Assembly: GCF_006345805.1 (NCBI RefSeq)
Contig: NC_042998.1
Coordinates: forward strand, 94,116,001-94,180,000
Length of the DNA stretch: 64,000 nt
Source of the DNA: Octopus sinensis
Lineage: Eukaryota
Reading direction: 5' to 3'
Below the pieces are notes generated by a model. The model was given only the letters and a program-made list of their open reading frames with translations, ran no database searches and had not been told where the DNA came from. Below, piece by piece: positions 38,121 to 52,333 of this stretch. A program made the position numbers and the translations under genes. The first letter of the stretch is position 1, and each line of letters starts with the position of its first letter.

Positions 38121-39940
38121 TTTGAATTTCTATTAGCTGAAGCTCATTCCTAAGTGTCTTAATGGTTCAAATAATTTCAATTAAGGTAGAAAATTGACAG
38201 AAACATTAGATCTTTGGGCAAAATGCCTTTGAGTATTTTCTCTTTCTATTTCTGCTCCCACTTCTAATCTCACCGAGGTCAGTTTTCTTTCATTCATTTG
38301 ATTCTGTAATTTAAAATAGTATGCAAGGATGCTGGATTGGCCAAATTATTAAAGTATCTGTTCTGATGCGTTGCATTTTGAGTTCTTGGGAGGTAAACTT
38401 AAAACATCACCTTGTTCAATACCATCTTTTTGAGTGCATTTGGATCATGTGCATTTGAATCTTTTTGCTACCATATTTCTGTTGAAATGCACTGCCATTG
38501 TTGAATTAATTCTGAAAATAAAGTAGAATTTAGTAAAATGATTTTGTTATAATAACAAAGCTGGTGTTAGGGACATACATTCATGTTAATTTTTGATTGA
38601 AAGTTTTAAATTCAACCCTTCTAAAACAAAATTCAAATTGTAGAACCATGAGCAATCTGAGATTGGTTGGCATCAAAAGGGTTAGGGATAACTTCTTTGT
38701 CTTCCTTCACCATCATCATAATCATCATTTAACATCCATTGTCCATGCTGGCATGGGTTGGATGGTTTGACCAAGGCTGAGTAAGCTGAGGAGCTGCAAC
38801 AGACTCCAGTCTGATTTGGCATGGTTTCTACGACTGGATGCCATCCCTAATGCCAACCACTCCAAGTGTGTAATGGGTGCTTTTATGTGCCACCAGCATG
38901 GGTGCCAGTTGTGTGACACCAGTATCTGCAATGACTACAATTTCACTTGGCTTGATGGGTCTTCTTCTTGAGCATAGCATATTGCCAAAAGCCTTGGTCA
39001 CTTATCATTGCCTCCATGAAGCCAATCATTGCCTCCTTCTTGAAAAAAATAAAGAATCATGGATAGTGCCTTTCTCTCCCTGACTAAGCCTTTATGAAAA
39101 AATGATAATGACAATAACAATGGTAATGATAAAACAAAAACAGTTAACCTTTTCACAGATAGGTGCAGGCATGGTTGGATGGTCAAGAGGTTTAAGTACA
39201 ACCACCATGTTTCAAGTTCAGTCCTGCTATGTGGCACCTTGAGTTAGTGTCTTTTACTGTAACCATGGGCCAACTAATACTTTGAGAGGGAATTTGGTTG
39301 ACAAAAATTGTGTGGATGTCTGTTGTATATTTGTGTGTGTGTGTGTAAGTATACTTGTGTGCATGTATGTACATGTAAGTATATATGTGTGTGTATATAT
39401 ATGTAAGTATACCTGAATGTGTGTGTGTGTGTGTACATGTAAGTATACATGTGTGAGTGTACATGCCTGTATGTGTGTGTGTGTACATGTAAGTGTACAT
39501 ATATGAGTGTATATATATCTAAGTATACAAGTGTGTGTGTGTGTACTTGTATGTGTGTGTGTGCGTTTGTGTGTGTGTGTGTGAGTGTGTGCATATAAGT
39601 ATACATGTGTGTGTGTGTATGTAAGTATACCTGTATGTGTGTGTGTGTGTGTTTACACATAAGTATACATGTGTGTGTGTGTACATGTCAATATGTGTGT
39701 GTGTACATATAAGTATATATATGTGGGCACGTAAAAAGCACCCACTACACTCACGGAGTGGTTGGCATTAGGAAGGGCATCCAGTCGTAGAAACATTGCC
39801 AGATCAGACTGGGCCTGGTGCAGCCTTCTGGCTTCCCAGACCCCAGTTGAACCGTCCAACCCATGCTAGCATGGAAAGCAGACGCTAAATGATGATGATG
39901 ATGATATACACCTAAGTATACATGTGTGTGTATGTGTACT

Positions 39941-39983
<43 letters not shown>

Positions 39984-41002
39984 TGTGTTTGTGCTTGCTC
40001 CAACTGCTCGACAAGAAGTAAAAAGATTTTTAAAAAAAACTGCAAGAACTCATTGAAACAGTGCTTAATTGCAATTTCTACACCATTCATCAAATATGAG
40101 GAATTTTTCCCTGGATAGGAAATTTGTCTATTGCAGCTTGATAACTATTTCTAATTACTAAGTGAAATGAGAAAACAGTAAATTTAGAACTGTATGAAAA
40201 TTTTGTAGGCTCTTGGCTGCAAGAACTACGAGATTCTCGTTGATAGTTTTCTAAAAGAATTATGTTAAAGAAATACTACATAGATTTTTGCAATGTTTTT
40301 TTTATTTCTGCTGTAATATGTTTGCTGTAAATATATACTCAGCATATTAAGTTGGTTTTTTTTTCATGTCTTTTTTCTTTTTTGTCTAAAGAGATAATAT
40401 AGAATATTTATACTTTAATTTTGCTTTCACAAATAAAAATCACTTAATCTCTGGATGCCCTCCAGCTGGCAGAGGACTATAGGTGTCAGAAATGTGTAGA
40501 GTTCAGTGACAAAGATAAATATCAACATCATCATCATCATCATCATCATCATCAGCTGCTGCTGCAGCAGCAGCACTTAAATTGGATATATTTCAGGTCA
40601 TTAAGAAAGGTACAAACACTACTAAAATTTAACCCTTTTTCCCCTAAAATTTAAGCCCTTTCTTTAAGAAAAAGTGATAAGATAACAGAAAAAGTAGAGA
40701 ACCAGCCCAAATGTGCTATTTTAAAAGAATTCTGCATATTATGGTCTAGCAACACATTTTGAATTTTTAGTTTTTAGATTTTTATTTTACACTAAGGACT
40801 CTGGCTTGGTCATTAAAGTTTCTTGCTCACCAGTCATAAGGTTGTGGGTACACTTCCTGAACTGGGTGGTGTGTTGTGTCTTTGAGTGAGGCACATCATT
40901 TTAGAATTTTCCAATGTTTCACTGTGTTGTGAGTGCAAGACCTGCAAGCATATCCATACATATATGTGCATGTAATTATATATTTATATGTGAATTTATA
41001 TA

Positions 41003-41520
41003 CAAGGTGGTATTAAAAAGTTCTTGGACTACTTCTGTAGCATGCCAAGAGATGGCAGCACACAATTCTGTGCACAGTGAGAGTTAGCAGTGACCTCCAT
41101 GAAGTAATATGCTGAGTGACATCACTGTGTTTACTTTACTAGTTGTGAAATTTGTGTTTTCATGATCACATGTATGATGTAGTCTGTGATTTTTGTCATG
41201 GACAGAATGTCGGCACCAAGAGCCAACATGAAATTTTACATTAGACTTGGGAATGCTGCTACAGAGACATTGAGTATGCTTCGGTAAGCTTAAGGCAATG
41301 AGGCAATGGGCCGTACACAATACCTCAAGTGGCAATGGTGCTTCAAAAAGCATGACAGAGCTGCAGCTCAATCAAGAACATGCTCATCGTTTTTTCCGAT
41401 ATCCACAATATTGTGTATCGAGGATTCATCCCCCAGAGTCAGACCATCAATCAAGAGTACTACTGTGATGTTTTGAAGCATTTGAGGGAGGACATTTGGT
41501 GAAAGTAACTAGATCTGTGG
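41003..41520 (+). mobile_element. Deleted mariner remnant
   Basis: TA|CAAGGTGGTATTAAAAAGTTC end; ANMKFYIRLG.AATETLSML and KNMLIVFSDIHNIVYRGFIPQSQTINQEYYCDVLKHL. Confidence 0.8.
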
Positions 41521-41843
41521 ATTATTTTTATCCTTATTATTAAGATGGGGAGCTAGCAGAATCATTAGCATGCTGGACAGTGCTTAGGGACATTTCTTCA
41601 GGGTTTTTATGTTCTGAGTTCAAATTCTGCCAAGGATATCTTAGCCTTTCATCCTTTCGAAATTAATAAAATAAGTACCAGCCAAGTACCAGGTCAATGT
41701 AATCAACTAATGCCCTAAGAATTTCAGTCACTGTGCCTATAGTAGGAATGACTATTATTATTATTTATACCAAATTAAAAGCAGAGGTGGTACCATGGCC
41801 AATGAGGGTTATCCGAGGTGTGATTATTGCTAGTTGAAAGCTA

Positions 41844-42816
41844 CTGTATATACTCATGTAAAAGTCAAATGTTTTAGACCACTTTTTAAGGTCAAATTTA
41901 TGGGGTTGACTATTACATGAATACTACTTTTAAGGGGCTGAAATTCAAGTTAGAATCTGAAGTACTGCATCAGCAGCAGAAACCCAACTGATCTCTAAGT
42001 GAATGAAAACAAGAACACAATGAATTACAGTAATATTACCAATTCTATACATTAAAACACATGTCCTAGTAAATAACAAAACCCATAAACAAGACTGCAT
42101 AGCTCTTATAAATATTTGCACTTTCTCTTTAAAAAAAAATTGCAGGATGTCAGGTGCAGTGGTGTTTGCTGTTGTTTACCAATACTACAGTCTGTGAAAC
42201 ATGCTTCTCACCATGTAAACAGACGAGCATATGACGTATGTGATTATTGTATTTGGAGATGATGAAAATATGAAGGTCGCATGGTAACCACTGATCTAAC
42301 AATTAATTGAATGTTTTTAGGCTTACCAAAGCCATACCTTTGCATGAATTCAGACAGTGGTATTTGCCAATGTTTGCCAATAGTGCTCTCTGTGAAACAT
42401 GTTTCTTATCATGTAAACAACGAGTGTATGATGCATGTGTTTATTGTGCTTGAAGATGCATGCAGACTTGCAGCATATCCTGTTCATACATTTTAGTAAT
42501 GGTGATGTAGCACCCATCAACAGATGTGTAGTGCTCGCTATTAAATAGTGTTTTACTATAAGCACCAAGTATTCCATTATAAGCACCAAGCTTTCCACCT
42601 ATAGAGCAGGCTACAGTAAGGTAGCCACATAATTTTGCAACAGTATTATTTCTACGTACAGGATAAAACAGTGCCTTGACCCACAAATGTTGTCCTGCTG
42701 TTCGTGAAGTACTAGAGTCAACTTTTATGCAGGGTGTGTGGAAAATTACCAATTTTTTGGCCTAGAATAGGGTGTTGTCTTTTATGAGAGATCGTCTATT
42801 ACTTGAGTATTTATGG
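41844..42816. mobile_element. Non-autonomous pogo/Tc2-like DNA transposon
   Basis: TA|CTGTATATACTCATGTA left end and TTACTTGAGTATTTATGG|TA right end (degenerate CCGTA.ATACTCG.GTA TIR). An internal direct repeat lies at ~42174 and ~42371. Confidence 0.6.
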
Positions 42817-43122
42817 TATTATTAATACCAAATCAAAAGCAGTGAGCTACCAGAACAGTTAGCAGGCCAGGCAATATATTTAGGGGCATTTCATCTGAGA
42901 TCAACTTTGCCTTTCATATTTTTGGGGGTTTAATAAAATAAGTACCAGTCAAATACTGGGGTTGATGTAATCAACTTAACCCCACCCCTTCTCCTGAACT
43001 TGTTGGCCTTGTGCCAAAATTTGAAACTATTATTAATACCAAATAAGCAAATTATTTCCCTTATATCAATCAGATTGAAAAGCAATAACAACTACTGACA
43101 CACACACACAAACACATACACA

Positions 43123-43185
<63 letters not shown>

Positions 43186-43399
43186 TGGCATAAAATTAAT
43201 TCTCGAACAGATTCAGAGCAAACCTTGATGAGAGAGGGCACATCCTTGAAGACATCGCGAATAGCAACAAAAGGACTTTCACTAACAAATTAATTGTTTA
43301 ACCATAACATTAAACAAACAACTGATTAGTTAGTTGGTTACATATTAAACTAATTGACTAACAATAAAGAAATGATATGGAATCAGTGCATGTGTCACT

Positions 43400-43748
43400 G
43401 GAGGTGGAGGTATTGTTTTCAGTCATATTTGTTTGTTTGTCCATGGACAAGATATCTCTAGAACTGCTGGATGGGTTTGGATGAAACTTTCAATGATGTT
43501 TGGCCTTGTGGTGGCACAAACTAATTAGATTTTGGGATCGATCTGGTACTGGACAAAGATTGTGGATTACTTTTCCTGGTTTTTTACTTAATTTTTGAAA
43601 GTGGTCGGGTTCATTTTTAGCATTCCCATTTCTGAGAGCAATCGATTTTATTTCAGATATTCTCATTTTAAAAATCCTCTCTGGCTAATCGTTGAGAGGA
43701 TGTTGGTGTTGCCTTGGTGGAGGTTTGCGCTCTCTGAGTGCTCTTGTT
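43400..43748 (+). mobile_element. HINE-like element, 3' complete
   Basis: Subterminal CCTTGGTGGAGGT (inverse of ACCTCCGCC) followed by hairpin GCGCTC-TCT-GAGTGC and a TT end. Confidence 0.6.
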
Positions 43749-44074
43749 ATTATTGGCATAATGACCCTCTCAAGACACAACAAGAACTATTCTGAATTTA
43801 AATATTTATAATTGATATCTTTTGAGATGAAGTATTTGTATATTTGCAATAATTTTTTTTTCAAACCTTGTTATCATATCTGTATGAAGCAAAATGTTCA
43901 GGGAACTTGTAAGGAATACAATATTCAAAAAGAATCCTTAAAAAAATAGAAAAAAGGAATTAAAGCTTTGAAAATATCATTTCTACTCTCTAGTGAAAAA
44001 TAAAGCAAATGGTGTTCTTAAGTGGTGGCTTGCTGATTTTTGCTCTTTTAAGAAATCTTTTGTTCATTGCTATG

Positions 44075-44267
44075 AGGAAGATGATGATGATGGTAGTGAT
44101 GATGATGATGATGAGGAGGAGGAGGAGGAGAAGGAGGAAGATGGTATTGGTCATGATGATGAAGATGATGATAGATGACGATTGATGATGATTATGATGA
44201 TGGCGATCACAGTGGCAGTGGTGGTTGTGGTGTGGTAGTTGAGGCATTGCTGGTTATGATGACGCTT

Positions 44268-44299
<32 letters not shown>

Positions 44300-44630
44300 G
44301 ACAATATCAACGACAATGATGATGATAATGATGACTTTGAGGATGATGATGATGCTGATGGTGGTGGCAGTAGAGGAGGTGGTACTGATGATAATGCTGA
44401 TGATGACTTTGATGGTGATGCTGACAAAGACAACATCAACAACAATGATGATGATGATGGTGGTGGTGGTGCTGGTGGTGCTGGTGGTGGTGGAGGTAGT
44501 GATGATGATGATGATGATGATGACTTTGATGGCGATGATGATGGTGATAGAGGTGGTGGTGGTGGTGGTAATGATGTTGATGATGATGATGATGACGATG
44601 ACGATGGCGAGAGTAACTGCAGAAATATCT
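44075..44630. repeat. Long degenerate (GAT/GGT)n tract
   Basis: Directly visible; source of the poly-M/V and poly-I/T ORFs. Confidence 0.92.
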
Positions 44631-45024
44631 TTAAAAAGAATGGAAGCCTTGCAGGGACATGTGATCTTAATGCGATAAATATTTTGTTTGGAGTGTTGAA
44701 GGTTAATGGTAGTTTTGTAAGAACGAGTGAGCATGACAGAAGAAATCCAGCGTGATGCAGCTTTGGGTGAGAAATGTCTGGTTACATTTTGCAAGCAGAA
44801 TTAGAAAGACGTGGTGTGTACAGAATGTATTTCTCTGAAGCAGTTTCAAGAAATTCTGTTACCATAATAAATATATCAAGCAGCTTATTGTTTCTAACAC
44901 AAATGTAAGAGAAGATAGCTTGAAGATTCTGATTTCTAGATCTATAATTCAAACTGAATTTATGTAGTCATAGGATGAATAAAGAAACTTGCTGAGCTAT
45001 GTTAGTCTATTTAAAAACTCATGA

Positions 45025-45447
45025 TTCTTATTTCCTTACTGCCCACAAGGGGCTACACACAGAGGGGACAAACAAAGACAGACAAATGGATTAAGTCGAT
45101 TATATCGACCCCAGTGTGTAACTGGTACAGATTTAATCGACCCCAAAAGAATGAAAGGCAAAGTCGACCTCGGCGGAATTTGAACTCAGAAAGTAGTGGC
45201 AGACGAAATACCTATTTCTTTACTACCCACAAGGGGTGAAACACAGAGAGGACAAACAAGGAGAGACAAATGGATTAAGTCGATTATATCGACCCCAGTG
45301 TGTAACTGGTACAGATTAAATCGACTCCAAAAGAATGAAAGGCAAAGTTGACCTCAGCAGAATTTGAACTCAGAACGTAGCGGCAAACGAAATACCGCTA
45401 AGCATTTCGCCAGGTGTGCTAACATTTCTGCCAGTTCGCCGCCTTAC
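45025..45447 (-). mobile_element. Two tandem SINE family B copies
   Basis: A 5'-truncated copy (45025-45212) abuts a full copy (45213-45447). Confidence 0.88.
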
Positions 45448-45630
45448 AAACTCGGGATTCTGCTCAAAGCATAGCAAATTGGTTGACGCTTGGGAGACCA
45501 AAATGAGACAGTTGGGTGCAGCTGCTTGGCACTGCTAAATGGATGTTCAGCCTGTTTTTGGTGACTGTATGTTTAAAGATGAAAACAAACAAACATACTC
45601 AAACAAGTGCCATCATCATCATCATCATTA

Positions 45631-46095
45631 TGTGTGGTAAGAAGCTTGCTTCCCAACCACATGGTTCTGGGTTCAGTCCCTCTGTGTAGCACCTTGAGCA
45701 AGTCTTTTCTACTATAGCCTCAGGCCAACCAAAACCTTGCGAGTGAATTTAGTGGATGGAAACTGAAAGAATCCTGTCGCATAGGTGTGTGTGTATACAT
45801 ATACATATATATGTATATATATATTTATGTATATACTTATATGTGTGTCCTTGTGTCTGTGTTTGTTCCCCCCACCATCACTTTGTGTTTTATCACCCCA
45901 GCATTGCTTGACAACTGATGCTGGTGTATTTACATCCTCATAACTTAGCGGTTCAGCAAAACAGACTGATAGAATAAGTACTAGGTTTACAAAGAAGTCT
46001 TGGGGGTTGATCTCATTGACTAAAAAACTCTTTAAGGCAGTGCTCCAGCATGGCCACAGTCAAATGACTAAAACCAGTAAAAGAATAAAAGAATA
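45631..46095 (+). mobile_element. SINE family A
   Basis: Head, microsatellite and 3' body. Confidence 0.85.
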
Positions 46096-46576
46096 AACAC
46101 ACACACACACACAAGTGTATGCTTGTGTAGAAATAATTACATACAGTTAAGAATAATGAAGAGAGAGAGAGACTACAATTTAAATGAACACTATTGACTT
46201 GAAACCCCTTGTCTCTCCACAAACACATAAAAAGAAATAAGCTTACACACATAAACACAGAGAAAGAGAGGAAGGATGGTGTGAGGGGGAGAACAAGAGA
46301 AACATTGACACATCTGATATCAAATAAGTCGATGTCGAATCAGCGATGTCAAATAAGTAATGTCAAAACAGCCATGCCAAAACATCTCCTACTCTTGGAA
46401 GAAACAGAATTCCTGACCCAAAAATATTTACATTTGTCTCAGCTTATCTAAAGATCTAAAAACAAAACTAGAGATTCTTCATGGACACGGCAGACTTCAG
46501 ATTTTAGTTCATAGCTTTTGTTTTTATTGCTATGAAATTAGTCTTTCAAATAATATACAGATATTATATAAGGTGC

Positions 46577-47010
46577 AGACATGGATGTGTAGTTAAGAAG
46601 TTTGCTCCCCAACCATGTGGTCTTGGGTTCAGTCTCACTGCATAGCACCTTGGCCAGCATTGGGCTGACCAAAACGTTGTGAGAGGATTTGGTGGATAGA
46701 AAGTGAAAGAAGCTCATCATATGAGTGTGTGTGTTTCTGTGTGTGTTTGTATGTGTGTCTGTTTGTGTTTGTGTGTACCTTTGTCTAAACGACATAATAA
46801 TTTTATATCAGCATCATTGCCATACAAGAGAAGTTGTTTGTTTCCACTCTTCCATGAAAAGACAGGTCAAGCTAGAAGGAAAATATTACCTTGCTTGGAA
46901 ATAGGTGAGGTTTGGCAACAGGAAAGGCATCCAGCCATAGAAAATCTGACCCATACAATCATAGAAAAGTGGACATCAAAATGATGATGATGATGATGAT
47001 GATGATGACA
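46577..47010 (+). mobile_element. SINE with family-A head and RTE-like (GAT)n tail
   Basis: The 3' part GGAAAGGCATCCAGCCATAGAAA...GAAAAGTGGACATCAAAATGATGAT parallels the RTE tail; a related piece lies at 23010-23130. Confidence 0.6.
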
Positions 47011-47964
47011 TAATAACAACAGTATTATTTATGGGAGTTGTAAGACAAACCTTTTTCCTAGTGGACCTTAGAGGACTATTTCTACCTAATTGATATCAAT
47101 TGGTTTATTTTTGAAATGTTGAACTGTTGAAAACATCAAATGCATTTTCCTAGCATATTTAACCCTTTCAATACCAACAGAGGTATCAAACATCATGCGG
47201 TAGTCTATCGAAAGCTCTAATGATTCTGCCAATACACTACCTCAGCAAGGGCTGCACAGCTGTAAAAATGAGACAGCATCTCGTAATATAGTAATGAGCA
47301 CATAGTGTTTTTATATACTTGTGTATATGTATATATATATATATTTGTCCAGAATCATGCCAAACGTGGAGGAGGAGAGAAAATAGTAATTCAGTGAAGA
47401 AGTAGTGAGAGTAATAGCCCTGACAGAGGGAGTGAAAGAAAGTAATGGCAATGAGAGAAAGAAAGGAGTGATAGATGAATAAGGAAGGAAGGAGTGAAAA
47501 AAAATCAGCGTTTCAACTCAGCGTGAGTATATGTGTGTATGTGTCTGTGTGTACAAGGGAAGTATATGAATGTTGGTATATATAATTATTATGTACCTTA
47601 TTTTGTACCTTATTTATATATAAAATACTACAATTAGCTGTTATTATTGATGGCATGTGGTCAGCTAGTCTACTCATATGTAAACTACAGGGAAGTGGCT
47701 TTCATGTATTCTTTTATTCTTTTACTTGTCTCAATCATTGGATTATGTCCAAACTAGGACATCACCTTGAAAGATTTTGTCGAACAAATCAACTGCAGTG
47801 CTTATTCTTCTAAACCTGATATTTACTTTATCAGTGTCTTTTTCCAAACAACTAAGTTATGAGGACAAAAACAAGCTGAAACTGGGTGACAAGTGGTGTA
47901 GGACAAGCATGAAGACATTACATACATATATGTGTGTGTGTGTGTGCATGCATGTATGTATGTA

Positions 47965-48985
47965 CAGCGGGGGTGGATGCTCTGAGAGTGTAGCTGCTAG
48001 AATAAGAATAGCCTGGGCAAAGTTCAGAGAGCTCCTACCTCTGCTGGTGACAAAGGGCTTCTCGCTCAGAGTAAAAGGTAGACTGTATGATGCATGTGTG
48101 CAAACAGCCATGCTACATGGCAGTGAAACATAGGCCGTGACTACTGAGGACATGCGTAAGCTTGCAAGAAATGAAGCTAGTATGTTCCACCGGATGTGTA
48201 ATGCCAGTGTGCATGCATGACAGACTGTAAGTGCCCTGAGAGAAAAGTTGGACATAAGAAGCATCAGATGTGGTGTGCAAGAGAGACAACTGTGCTGATA
48301 TCATTATGTGTTGCATATGGATGAGGACAGCTATGTGAAAAAAGTGTCACACCCTATCAGTAGAGGGAACTCATGGAAGAGGTAGACCCAGGAAGACCTG
48401 GGATGAGGTGGTGAAGCACGACCTTTGAAAGTTGGGCCTCACGGAGGCGATGACAAATGACAGACCTTTGGAGATATGCTGTGCTTGAGAAGACCCAGCA
48501 AGCCAAGTGAGACTATAACTGTGACCTATGCCAATGCGGCATAATCAGCCCATCTAAGAGTACCCTTCAATCATTGGGCAATAAATTGCACTTGCAAAGA
48601 CCTGTTGAGTCAAGTGAGGTCAGTGTTGCGGCTGATGATAGTACCACCTGACTGGCACCTGTGCTGGTGGCATGTAAAAAGCACCATTCGAGTGTGGTCA
48701 ATACCAGTGCTACCTGACTAGTCCCGTGCTGGTGGCACGCAAAAAGCACCATTCGAGCATGGTCGTTGCCAGTGCCCCTGACTGGTTCCTATGCCAGTAG
48801 CATGTAAAAAGCACCATTCAAGCATAGTCAATGCCAGAACTGCCTGACTGGCCTTCATGAAGTGGTTGGCGTTAGGAAGGGTATCTAACTGTAGAAACTT
48901 TGCCAGATCAGATTGGAGCCTGGTGCAGCCACTAGCTTTCCAGACCTCAGTCAAACTGTCCAACCCATGCCAGCATAGAAATCGG
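47965..48985 (+). mobile_element. Degraded RTE 3' fragment
   Basis: SGGGCSESVAARIRIAWAKFRELLPLLVTKG...; the 3' UTR follows. Confidence 0.92.
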
Positions 48986-50238
48986 GAGATTCTGATATTT
49001 GACTTCAGTTGAAGATTGCATAACATGAAATATATGTATACACACACACATACATATATAAGAAATGCAGGGAGCATGAATTTCACAGATAATTCATTGT
49101 TTATAATTACTTTCAACAGCTGTTTCATAAGGAATAAACATTATTAAATCTATAACAAAATAAAACTAATTTAAAGCAATTTTTATTCCCAACTCATCAG
49201 AATTATTATGAATTCTGCTAACAATTGGCTCCAGTTTCCATCAACCCAATTCCTTCACAAGACTTTGGTTGGCATGGAGCTATAGTAGAAGACACTTAAA
49301 TTGCCACCCATTGGAACTGATCTTAAACCATGTGGTTGCGAAACAAACTTCTGGAACACATATACAATACATGTCTGAACTTCACAATAAAATTCATTCA
49401 AATCATAAAATTTATTAATTTTCCTAAATTATAAAAAAAGCTACATGAAAGAAGCAAAATTTATTTATATGTATTTCTTTGAAACTCACATGATACTTAG
49501 AAGTTGCAGGAAATAACATGACAGTACCTTGTTATTAACAGAGGGTATAAAACATTGAATGGTATATATACAACATAGAATGCCAGACACTACATGGAAA
49601 CTACATGTCTTCAAATGGAAGCTACATGACATGACATTGAAACTGTTTTATCTACATTAAATGGCAACTATATGACACTACATGGATGTTGCTTGAAATC
49701 TCATGGAAGCTGCACAGATGTTGCACAGTGGCAACATAACATTACATGCAATCTACTTTAAATTGCATTACACAGAAACGGTATGAATCTACATGATTTA
49801 ATGTTATAAATATCTACTTTATCTCACATTATCTGTTTATTGTGAAATCTGAAAGAAATAACAGAGTAAAAGAAACTGTAAACCAAGAATTAAAATTTTA
49901 TTTCCTTGATTCAATGGTGGATATGAAATATTGATTTTTAATACATTTATCAACAGATCAATGAATTGTATTGATCTATTGATAAGTAAATACAGAGAAG
50001 AAAAGAGAAGAAGAAAAAGAAAAAGAAGAGAAAGAACAAGAAGAATATGTAAAAAAAAAATGGAATTATAGCATAGAGCTGGAATGCAAGGAAGAATTTG
50101 AGAGTAAAACACATGGATGAGAATGTATATAATGTCAAGAGATTCATCAAAGTCCAGGTATTGCCAACATGGCAGTCATCGACAGTAAAATTATTGATTT
50201 CTGCTATCACTGCATGGTTGTATTCTTATTAGACTCAC

Positions 50239-50310
50239 CGAGTTCATGAGCTGACTCACGTGTAGGCGTACCTATCGCAATAATGCGTACATGTAGGCTG
50301 CATAGGCAGA
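50239..50310 (-). other. Candidate 72-nt symmetric phase-1 exon or regulatory island
   Basis: Acceptor TTTCTGACTAG| and donor CG|GTGAGT; one open frame CLCSLHVRIIAIGTPTRESAHEL; CpG-rich and non-repetitive. No homology recognised. Confidence 0.25.
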
Positions 50311-50768
50311 CTAGTCAGAAACTAAACATTTGCTGTATGAATAACCACAGTATTTATTCTACCAAAGATATTTCTAGTTATATTAATGAGAATGAATGAT
50401 ACTTTATTTTTTTCTTTAAATTTTGGCTTTTGATTCCTTCTAGAACTTAGATTCCTATTCTCCTTTTTGTTTCTATTGTTTCTCTTATTTATTTTTTTAA
50501 TTCTTAATTTTTACTTGCTTTAAGAATTGCTCAAGTTTTGTTATATCAAAGAAGATTTTGTTTTTATTTTTAGTTTGTGTTTTTTGTTTGGCATACTAAG
50601 TGTATTATATTACTACTTAAGCTATATGTGTGTCTGAGTGTATATACACTCACACACAGAGGTATATTTCTATATAACTGCACATGTATATATATATTAC
50701 ATAAATGTATATATTCATATGCATAAACACATAGGTACACACACACACATGTGTGTGTATCTGCATAT

Positions 50769-50804
<36 letters not shown>

Positions 50805-51219
50805 CACATTGTATTTGTAATTGTATGTGTATGTATATGTACATATATATGTGTGTATATATATATATATATGTATCCATATATAAAAGTGCAAACACAC
50901 ACACACACATAATATATTCAAATGTATTACAGTTTTGCATATGTAATATAGTGAGTTAAAAATAAGCTTTGCTTAATTAAAATAATCTTTGCACCTACAC
51001 GGCAAAAACTCCTGCATGGTTGTTTAACATCTTAAAATCAACAAGCAAGGGAGATAATCCAAATAGCATGTACTCTGCCAAATTTCTAGAAAATTAAAAC
51101 AATGCAGCCATGAGTAAGCCTTGTCTTTAAAGGCAACTGAAGAAAGCAAAGCAACAGACGTTTTGATCTTATCAACTCTCTTCAACAATCTATATTTACT
51201 ACTTAGAGACAACCAGGTA

Positions 51220-51377
51220 GGAGTGGCTGTGTGGTAGGTAGCTTGCTTACCAACCACATGGTTCTGAGCTCAGTCCCACTGTGTGGCACCTTGGACAAAT
51301 GTCCTCTGCTATAGCTTTGGGCCGACCTAAGCTTTGTGAGTGGATTTGGTAGATGGAAACTGAAAGAAGCCTGTCGT
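51220..51377 (+). mobile_element. SINE family A head
   Basis: Boxes A and B and the core are present. Confidence 0.85.
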
Positions 51378-51382
51378 ATATA

Positions 51383-51465
<83 letters not shown>

Positions 51466-51523
51466 TATATATTTGCATATATACATACGTATATGAACAT
51501 ACTTACATGTATACATATATATA

Positions 51524-52333
51524 TATGCATATGTGGGCACAGGATGTCTCAAAAGATAAACAACAAAAAATACGAAGTACGAGAACATGGAATAAGGGCT
51601 TTTTTTGCAAGCAACGAAAGAAACAAATGGAAAACAAGACAAGCAACACAAGGAACAACCCTTCATCAGTTGTCGGCTGTTTTCTAGTCCATATTTCGAG
51701 CAATTCACGATAAGATACACCTTTGATAAAACAATTGCTCCTGCAAAGCAAATTAAATAAAATTTGTGATCTTGCGGAGGGTCAAGATTGGTGACAAAAA
51801 ACAGGACAGTGAAAACAAACAGGAAGGGCTGCTAAGCCTGAATGAGGTTGTGGTGGTGAATGCAAAGAAACAATATGCCTTCCCTGTCCAGCTGAAACAG
51901 GAAGAAGGAAAGAAGCACAAGTTAAGAGAATAGCTGATGGTCACATGGGGGCCACGTGAGCAAAGGAGGAAGAGTGAGGAAGAGAGTGACAGACAGAGAA
52001 CTGTGAAGGGGAGAGGAAAAGATTTGGAGACAGGATAAGAGAGAAAAAAGAGAGAGAGGGAGAAGAGGAAGCAAAAGAAAGGAAGAGAGAAAACGAAAGA
52101 GTAGAAGGATAGAAGAGTGGGAGAAGAGGAGGCAAAAGAACAGGAGAAAGGTAGAGAGAAAGGTAGAGAGAAAGGGAAAGAGCAAAAGGATAGAATAGTA
52201 GAAGAAGAGGAGGTTGTCTTGTTTTCCATTTGATTCTTTTGTTGCTTGCAAAAAAAGCCCTTATTCCATGTTCTCGTACTTCGTATTTTTTGTTGCTTAT
52301 GTTTTGTGACATCCTCTGCTCACATATGCATAT
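51524..52333. mobile_element. Foldback structure with ~120-bp inverted arms
   Basis: 51524-51642 vs 52214-52333; both outer ends lie in TA-rich microsatellite. Confidence 0.8.

Noticed and set aside
44175-44794. 167-aa and 195-aa ORFs (also 19896-20277)
   Set aside because: These are trinucleotide-repeat artefacts open on both strands, with no splice or domain evidence.
51640-51710. Minus-strand CTGATGA-AGG/CCT
   Set aside because: No GAAA follows stem II, and a circularly permuted arrangement lacks stem I pairing.
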